This document shows, one piece after another, positions 58,033 to 64,000 of a DNA stretch of 64,000 nucleotides. Source of the DNA: Polyangiales bacterium (GTDB lineage Bacteria; Myxococcota_A; Polyangia; Polyangiales; Polyangiaceae); the NCBI GenBank assembly GCA_038231275.1, contig JBBRLQ010000024.1, positions 59,244-123,243 on the forward strand, in the 5' to 3' direction. A program made the position numbers and the translations under genes. Each line of letters opens with the position of its first letter. Within the stretch, counting starts at the first letter, position 1. The notes beneath the pieces are model-generated. The model did not search any database. It saw only the letters and a program-made list of their open reading frames with translations, and was not told the origin of the DNA.

Positions 58033-60237
58033 TCACCGGCACGCCGCGAGGGCCGCGAGGAAGGCTTCCCCCCATGTCGCCGCCGTCGAACCTTCGACCT
58101 GCGCGAGCAGCTTCGCGTGGCGCGCGCGGCGCTCGTCGAACGGCATCGTGAGCGCGCGGCGGAGATCGTCGGCCATGCCGTCGATGTAGTACGGGTTCGT
58201 GAGGAGCGCGTCTTTCAGCTCGACGGCGGCGCCGGCGAAGCGTGACAAGAGGAGCACGCCGGGGTTCGCCTCGTTTTGCGCCGCGACGTACTCCTTCGCG
58301 ACGAGGTTCATCCCGTCACGGAGCGGCGTCACGTACCCGACGGCGGCCGCGCGGTAGAGGCGCGCAAGCTGCGTCGGCTCGTAGCTTCGGTAGAAGTACT
58401 GCACTGGCACCCAGTGCGCCTGGCCGTATTGGCCGTTGATGCGCCCGACGATCTCCTCGACCTGCGAGCGCTGCTCGGCGTAGTGCGGCACGTCGGCGCG
58501 CGACGGCACCGAGATCTGCACGAGCGACACCTTCGTCCGAAACTCCGGATACCGCTCGAGCAGGCTCCCGAACGCGAGGAGGCGCTCGGGGATCCCCTTC
58601 GTGTAGTCGAGCCGATCGACGCCGAGCACGAGCTGCGCGGGCCCGAGGATGCGGAGGAGGCCTTCGATCTCTTCGGTGAACTCGGGCGCGTCGGCGTCCT
58701 TGTAGTCGCTGGGGAGGATGCCGATCGGGAACACGCCGGCGCGCGTTCGGTGGTCTTGGTACTCGATGCCTTCGTCGGAGACGCGTGCAGGATGCAACGA
58801 TCTCACGCACGCCAAGAAATTCCGGAGGAATTGCGGCGTGTGGAAGCCGACGAGATCGAACGCGAGCATCGCGTCGAGGATCTCTTTGTGCCACGGAAGC
58901 ATCTCGAACAGATCCGGCGGCGGGAACGGGATGTGGAGGAAGTGTCCGATGGGGCCGGTGTGCCCGCGCGCGCGCATGTCGCGGGCGAGGAGGAGCAGGT
59001 GGTAGTCGTGAACCCAGACCGTGCCGCCCCGATCGACCGCGGCCACCGCGACGTCCGCGAAGGCGCGGTGCGCCTCCTCGTAAGCGTCCCACTCCCCGCG
59101 CGAGAAGCGAACGCGCCCCGGGAAGCAGTGGAACAGCGGCCAGAGGACCTTGTTGCAGAAGCCGTTGTAGTACTCGCGGTACCAGCGCTCCTTCAGATCC
59201 ACGCCGATCAGGCCTGGAGTGAAGTCCGCTTCGAGCGACGCGACCGGCTCCTCCGCGTCGTCGATGGTCTTGCCGCTCCACCCCAACCACAGGCCTCCAC
59301 GCGTCTCGAGCGCGGGCCGCAGCGCCGACACGAGCCCTCCGACCGACTGCGGCCGACCGTCCTTCGCGCTGCGCATGCTCGGCAACCGGTTCGACACGAC
59401 GAGGAGCGACTGGCTCGCGCCATCCTTCTTCTTCGCCGAGCGGGTCACGACTTGGGATGGCCACGAGGTCACGCGCGCGCGCTTGCCTTCGCGCATCTCC
59501 ACGAGCTCCTCGAGGAACGCGAACACCTGGGGAGTGTCCTCGAGCTCCCAGCGCGCCTTGGTCTGACGGCGCTCGCCGTGACGGACCACGATCGCCTCGT
59601 CTCCGACGCCGAGCGCGCCGAACATGTGCTCGTCGGTGAGGTCGTCGCCGATCGCGAGGACCCGCGCGTCGTGCCCCGCCCGCTCGCGCGCCCACGGGAC
59701 CGCGACCGACTTTCGCACGTACGCTGGCCGCACGTCGATCGCGAGGGTCGACTGCGACGATCGCAGGATCGGGATCTTCTCCGCGAGATCCTGGAGTAGC
59801 GCGGTCACCTCGACCACGAAAGCCTCCCGCTCCGGCCGCGAGAGGCGGCGGTAGTGGAGGACCACGCCGGTCGCCTTCCACTCGACGCCCGACTTCGGGT
59901 ACCGGGCCTTGAGCGCGTCGAGGCGGGACTGGAGGTTCGCGAGGTCGATCGGCTCCTCGCGCAGCGCCTCCCACGCGCCGGCGCCGCGCCGAAACGCGCC
60001 GTGCTCGGCGACCAGTAGCGTCGCCGGAAAATTCTGGTCGAGGTAGTCCCGCGTGCGACCGCTCACGATCACGAAGGCCACGTCGGGCAGCGCCGAGGCA
60101 CGACGGACCAGGTTGCGCACGGCCTCGTCGGGTACCGCCTCCTCGGGCGTCGCCGCGAACGGGATCAGCGTGCCATCGAGATCGCAGAGGATCGCCAGCG
60201 GCGAGTGGCGCGTGAGCTGGTCGAGGTGATCGCTCAC
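58033..60237 (-). CDS. Bifunctional trehalose-6-phosphate phosphatase (N-terminal) / trehalose-6-phosphate synthase (C-terminal)
   Basis: HAD motifs CDLDGTL and GDDLTDE; GT20 motifs VSNRLP, GGLVSAL, WVHDYHL, GVDRLDYTKGI, DGMNLVAKEY. Confidence 0.92.
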   Translation of the reverse strand: MSDHLDQLTRHSPLAILCDLDGTLIPFAATPEEAVPDEAVRNLVRRASALPDVAFVIVSGRTRDYLDQNFPATLLVAEHGAFRRGAGAWEALREEPIDLANLQSRLDALKARYPKSGVEWKATGVVLHYRRLSRPEREAFVVEVTALLQDLAEKIPILRSSQSTLAIDVRPAYVRKSVAVPWARERAGHDARVLAIGDDLTDEHMFGALGVGDEAIVVRHGERRQTKARWELEDTPQVFAFLEELVEMREGKRARVTSWPSQVVTRSAKKKDGASQSLLVVSNRLPSMRSAKDGRPQSVGGLVSALRPALETRGGLWLGWSGKTIDDAEEPVASLEADFTPGLIGVDLKERWYREYYNGFCNKVLWPLFHCFPGRVRFSRGEWDAYEEAHRAFADVAVAAVDRGGTVWVHDYHLLLLARDMRARGHTGPIGHFLHIPFPPPDLFEMLPWHKEILDAMLAFDLVGFHTPQFLRNFLACVRSLHPARVSDEGIEYQDHRTRAGVFPIGILPSDYKDADAPEFTEEIEGLLRILGPAQLVLGVDRLDYTKGIPERLLAFGSLLERYPEFRTKVSLVQISVPSRADVPHYAEQRSQVEEIVGRINGQYGQAHWVPVQYFYRSYEPTQLARLYRAAAVGYVTPLRDGMNLVAKEYVAAQNEANPGVLLLSRFAGAAVELKDALLTNPYYIDGMADDLRRALTMPFDERRARHAKLLAQVEGSTAATWGEAFLAALAACR

Positions 60238-61856
60238 GGCGCCTCGAGCCTCAGCCAGTAGAACGAGTGGGGCCCCAGCGACAGGAAGTAGCGCTCCGTC
60301 GTCTCCGGAAACCGTGCCTCGCCGATGAGCTCGCGCGGGCGCTTGCCGCGGTAGCCCGACAGATCCAGCGTCGCCGGCTGCACAAAGCGCGAGAGGTTGA
60401 CGACGACCAGGATCTCTTCGCGCTCGTACGCGCGGACGAAGGCGAGCACCGCGTCGTTGTCCGTCCCCACGAAGTCGAGGCTACCGCGGCCGAACGCCTT
60501 GGTGGTCTTTCGCGCGCGGATCATGCGGCGCACCCAGCGGAGCAGCGACGTCTCCACACGCTCCTGGACCGCGACGTTGATGGACTGATAGTTGTAGAGT
60601 GCATCCATCGAGACAGGGCTGTAGAGTTGCGCTGGATCGGCGCGCGAGAAGCCGGCGTTCACGTCGCTCGACCACTGCATGGGCGTTCGAACACCGTCGC
60701 GATCGCCGAGGAAGACGTTGTCTCCCATCCCGAGCTCGTCGCCGTAGTAGAGAAAGGGACTGCCGGGCAGCGAGAAGAGCAGCCCATGGAGGAGCTCGAT
60801 CCGCCGGCGGCTGCCCGACAAGAGGGGCGCGAGGCGACGGCGAATTCCCGCGTTGAGCCGCATCTGCGGATCCTTCGCGTACTCGTCGTAGAGGTAGTCG
60901 CGCTCGGCGTCGGTCACCATCTCGAGGGTCAGCTCGTCATGGTTCCGTAGGAAGAGGCCCCACTGGCACCCCTCCTGGATCGCCGGCGTCCTCTTTATGA
61001 TCTCCACGATCGGGCGCTTCGTCTCCATGCGGAGCGCCATGAACATCCGCGGCATGAGCGGAAAGTGGAACGCCATCTGGAACTCGCCGTCGAAATACGG
61101 GACGAGATCCTCCGGCCACTGGTTGGCCTCGGCGATCAGGATGCGCCCCTCGAAATTCGCGTCCACGTGCGCGCGAAGGCGCTTCACGAAGTCGTGCGTC
61201 TCGGGGAGGCTCTCGCAGCTGGTGCCGTCGCGCTCGTAGAGATACGGCACGGCGTCGCACCGGAAGCCGTCGAGGCCGCGGCGCAGCCAGAAGTCGGCCA
61301 CCGCCACCATCTCGTCCTGCACCTTGGGGTTGTCGAAGTTGAGATCGGGCTGGTGCGAGTAGAAGCGGTGCCAATAGTACTGACCGGCGAGATCGTCGAA
61401 CGTCCAGTTCGAGCGCTCGACGTCACGGAAGATGATGCGCGCCTCTTTGTACGCGTTCGTGTCGTCGCTCCACACGAAGTAGTCGCGGTACGGGGACGCG
61501 CGATCGGAGCGCGCAGAGAGGAACCACGGATGCTCGCGCGAGCAGTGGTTGAGGACCAGATCGCCGATGACCCTGAGGCCGCGACGGTGTGCCTCCACGA
61601 TGAGGCGATCGAAGTCCGCGAGCGTGCCGTACTCCGGGTGCACGCCGTAGAAATCGCTCACGTCGTACCCGTCGTCTTTGCGCGGCGACGGGTACGTCGG
61701 GAGGAGCCAGAGGCAATCGACGCCGAGGCCCTGGAGGTAGTCCAGCTTCTCGATCAACCCCGCGAGGTCACCGCGCCCGTCCCCGTTCGCGTCGAAAAAT
61801 CCGCGGACGTGGACCTCGTAGAAGATGGCGTCCTTGTACCAGTGTCCGTCGTTCAT
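60234..61856 (-). CDS. treS: Trehalose synthase (maltose alpha-D-glucosyltransferase)
   Basis: WYKDAIFYE, DDGYD, YYWHRFYSHQPDLN, GFRCDAVPYL, EANQWP, FLRNHDELTLE, GIRRRLAPL. Confidence 0.95.
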   Translation of the reverse strand: MNDGHWYKDAIFYEVHVRGFFDANGDGRGDLAGLIEKLDYLQGLGVDCLWLLPTYPSPRKDDGYDVSDFYGVHPEYGTLADFDRLIVEAHRRGLRVIGDLVLNHCSREHPWFLSARSDRASPYRDYFVWSDDTNAYKEARIIFRDVERSNWTFDDLAGQYYWHRFYSHQPDLNFDNPKVQDEMVAVADFWLRRGLDGFRCDAVPYLYERDGTSCESLPETHDFVKRLRAHVDANFEGRILIAEANQWPEDLVPYFDGEFQMAFHFPLMPRMFMALRMETKRPIVEIIKRTPAIQEGCQWGLFLRNHDELTLEMVTDAERDYLYDEYAKDPQMRLNAGIRRRLAPLLSGSRRRIELLHGLLFSLPGSPFLYYGDELGMGDNVFLGDRDGVRTPMQWSSDVNAGFSRADPAQLYSPVSMDALYNYQSINVAVQERVETSLLRWVRRMIRARKTTKAFGRGSLDFVGTDNDAVLAFVRAYEREEILVVVNLSRFVQPATLDLSGYRGKRPRELIGEARFPETTERYFLSLGPHSFYWLRLEAP

Positions 61857-61892
61857 GCCGGTAGGACCGGCTTAGCATACTGCGGACCCGCG

Positions 61893-63068
61893 TCAGAAAC
61901 GGACCGGGAGGACCAGCGTCTGCGCGGTCCATCCGACGCCGCCGTCGACCTTCGGGTACTCCTGCTCGGTGCCCCACCAATACTGCGCGTCGGGGACGAG
62001 ACCGCCGTCGGGCGCTTTGCTGGTGTTGAAGCTGCCGTCGAAATCGGCGGTGCCGCTCGTGTCGAGCTTTCCGGAGTACCACGGGTCGCCGATCTGCGGA
62101 CCGGGACCATAGAGCGACAGGCGCGCGCCCGCGGTGCCGGGGAGCACCGAGAACGTGAAGGTCGCGGGAAGCGCGACCGGCCCGGCGTCCGCGGACGGCT
62201 GCATCGTCGCGTAGCCGCCGTACGCGATCTCCGCAGCGTTGATGGTGGTGTCCTGCGCGAGGAGGAGCGACGTCGAGATCGATCGACGAAGCGCGGCGAG
62301 CGACTCGGGGCTCGTGCGTTGCGCGTCGGTCTGCGACAAGTACGTCGGGTGGAGGACCTGGACGCGGTAGCTGCCGGTGGCGGCGGCGATGTCGAAGGTG
62401 CCGTCGGCGCCGGTCGTGACGCGGTTCACGAAGAAGTGGTGGCTCTTCGGCTCCTGGCGATCGAGCTGCACGAGGTAGCCGGCGATCGGCGCGCCGCCCG
62501 ACGTGACGGTTCCCTTGAAGTGATACGTCGTCGCGGCTGCTCCTTGCGGCGACGTGAGCTGCGAGCACGGGTTCGGCGCGTTCTTGTCGAACGTCGGCGA
62601 CTCGGCGGGGCACGGGACAAAGTCGGGGTTGGTGGGGTCGATCGTGAAGCGCGCGTAGGTGTCGGGCTTCGCGGCGGCCTCGTCGCCGGTGACCTTGAAG
62701 ACGTAGATGAACTGTCCAGGGGGGACCACCGCGGTACCAGTGAACGTGCCGCTGCCGTCGTCGGCGAGCGTCGCGAACGGCTGCTTCCAGTCCGTCGCCG
62801 CGCCGAACGCGCCGTAGACCTCCACCTTGGTCGCGCCCTTCCACGCGGGCGCGTAACGGAACGTGAAGCCTCCTCCCTTCGACGTGTCGATCGGCGCGTC
62901 TTGCGTGGAAGATCCGTCATCGGTCGGCGTGGACGTATCGGCTTGTCCGCCGCCGTCGGGCGTGGGCGTCGCCCCTCCGTCGGACGACGAGCTGGAGCAC
63001 GCGACGACGACGGCGCCGACGAGCGCGGTGGTACCGAAGAGAACGAGGGAGAAGGTGCGGGTTCGCAT
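61893..63068 (-). CDS. Lipoprotein with CBM48/AMPK-beta-like glycogen-binding module and Ig-like domains
   Basis: Lipobox VAC; FTFRY...ATKVEVYGAF...W.....PGQFIYVF.V.G....DP.NP. Confidence 0.7.
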   Translation of the reverse strand: MRTRTFSLVLFGTTALVGAVVVACSSSSSDGGATPTPDGGGQADTSTPTDDGSSTQDAPIDTSKGGGFTFRYAPAWKGATKVEVYGAFGAATDWKQPFATLADDGSGTFTGTAVVPPGQFIYVFKVTGDEAAAKPDTYARFTIDPTNPDFVPCPAESPTFDKNAPNPCSQLTSPQGAAATTYHFKGTVTSGGAPIAGYLVQLDRQEPKSHHFFVNRVTTGADGTFDIAAATGSYRVQVLHPTYLSQTDAQRTSPESLAALRRSISTSLLLAQDTTINAAEIAYGGYATMQPSADAGPVALPATFTFSVLPGTAGARLSLYGPGPQIGDPWYSGKLDTSGTADFDGSFNTSKAPDGGLVPDAQYWWGTEQEYPKVDGGVGWTAQTLVLPVRF

Positions 63069-63176
63069 GCGGACACGTGGTGCAAGATGCGTGCATCCGG
63101 CGGCGCGTGATCGATCCGTGCACTCTGCAGCCGGCACGCGCTGCCGTTGTGATCGCGTCGATCACAGGGGCGGCAA

Positions 63177-64000
63177 TTATTTTACGGCGAGGGCGAGCGT
63201 GGCGAGCGCGTCGTCGTACGCGACACGATCCTTCGCGTCCTGGCGGAGGAACTGCTCGATCTTCGGCATCTTCGCGATGGCCTCGTCGAGCTCCTTGTCG
63301 GTGCCCTTGGCATACGCGCCGAGCGTGACGAGATCTCGCTTGGCCTCGTAGTGCGACACGAGGGCGCGGAGCTTGCGCGCGGCGGCCTGGTGCTCGGGGC
63401 GGGTGACGGCGTCCATGACGCGCGAGAGCGAGACGGTGACGTCGACGGCCGGGTAGCAGCCTCGCGCGGCAATCGTGCGATCGAGGACGACGTGGCCGTC
63501 GAGGACGCCGCGCACCTCGTCGGCGATGGGCTCGTCCATGTCACCGCCTTCGACGAGGACCGTGTAGATCGCGGTGATGGATCCGCGCTCGCCGTTGCCG
63601 CTTCGTTCGAGGAGGCGGGGCAGCATCGCGAAGACGCTGGGCGGATAGCCGCGACGGGCGGGCGGTTCACCTGCCGCGAGGCCGACCTCGCGTTGCGCGC
63701 GGGCGAAGCGCGTGACGGAGTCGACGAGGAGCATGACCTTCGCCCCCTCGTCGCGAAAATGCTCGGCGTACGCGGTGGCCACTTGCGCCGCGCGGAGGCG
63801 CTCGAGCGCGGCGACGTCGCTCGTCGCGACGACGACGACGCTGCGCGCGCGACCTTCGGCGCCGAGCGAGTGCTCGAGGAACTCGCCGACCTCGCGACCG
63901 CGCTCGCCGACCAGCGCGACGACCACGACGTCGGCTTCGGTGCCGCGCGCGATGGCGCCGAGCAGCGTGCTCTTGCCGACGCCCGAGCCGGCGAAGAGAC
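63177..64000 (-). CDS. FliI/SctN(YscN)-family type III export ATPase, 5' end outside the window
   Basis: FAGSGVGKS, VGERGREV, DSVTRFARAQRE, GYPPSVF, LLERSG, GSITAIYTVLVEG, DEVRGVLDGH. Confidence 0.93.
   Translation of the reverse strand, partial: LFAGSGVGKSTLLGAIARGTEADVVVVALVGERGREVGEFLEHSLGAEGRARSVVVVATSDVAALERLRAAQVATAYAEHFRDEGAKVMLLVDSVTRFARAQREVGLAAGEPPARRGYPPSVFAMLPRLLERSGNGERGSITAIYTVLVEGGDMDEPIADEVRGVLDGHVVLDRTIAARGCYPAVDVTVSLSRVMDAVTRPEHQAAARKLRALVSHYEAKRDLVTLGAYAKGTDKELDEAIAKMPKIEQFLRQDAKDRVAYDDALATLALAVK

Overview
High-GC chromosomal segment that looks myxobacterial (Polyangiales/Sorangiineae-like), judged from the TIGR02266 PilZ protein, Ser/Thr kinase-PEGA modules, Cys-rich repeat lipoproteins and IgGFc-binding-type lipoproteins. 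About 50 protein-coding genes are supported: housekeeping (lysA, pyk, nadA, mlaE, alr, rsmI, sigma-32 family factor, ABC exporters, ABC-F), trehalose metabolism (treS, a reversed OtsB-OtsA fusion), signalling and surface lipoproteins. No rRNA, tRNA, CRISPR, transposase or reverse transcriptase was seen. The most interesting element is a ~0.95-kb cassette at 49.83-50.77 kb. It holds two convergent, roughly 60%-identical four-helix-bundle (TIGR02436/Avd-like) genes that share a central hairpin terminator. Each gene is preceded by an ~85-nt Y-shaped fold-back whose base pairs co-vary between the copies and whose loops are c(GNA)g DNA triloops on the template strand. Each fold-back carries a TTGACR-N16-CAAnnT promoter motif on the 'wrong' arm, the architecture expected of a single-stranded-DNA (Frpo-type) promoter; that functional reading is inference. 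The cassette is bracketed by the two longest of eight (N)CCGAC hexamer arrays, seven of which sit at gene 3' ends. An unannotated 31-aa membrane sORF with its own sigma70-type promoter lies upstream of the sigma-32 gene.
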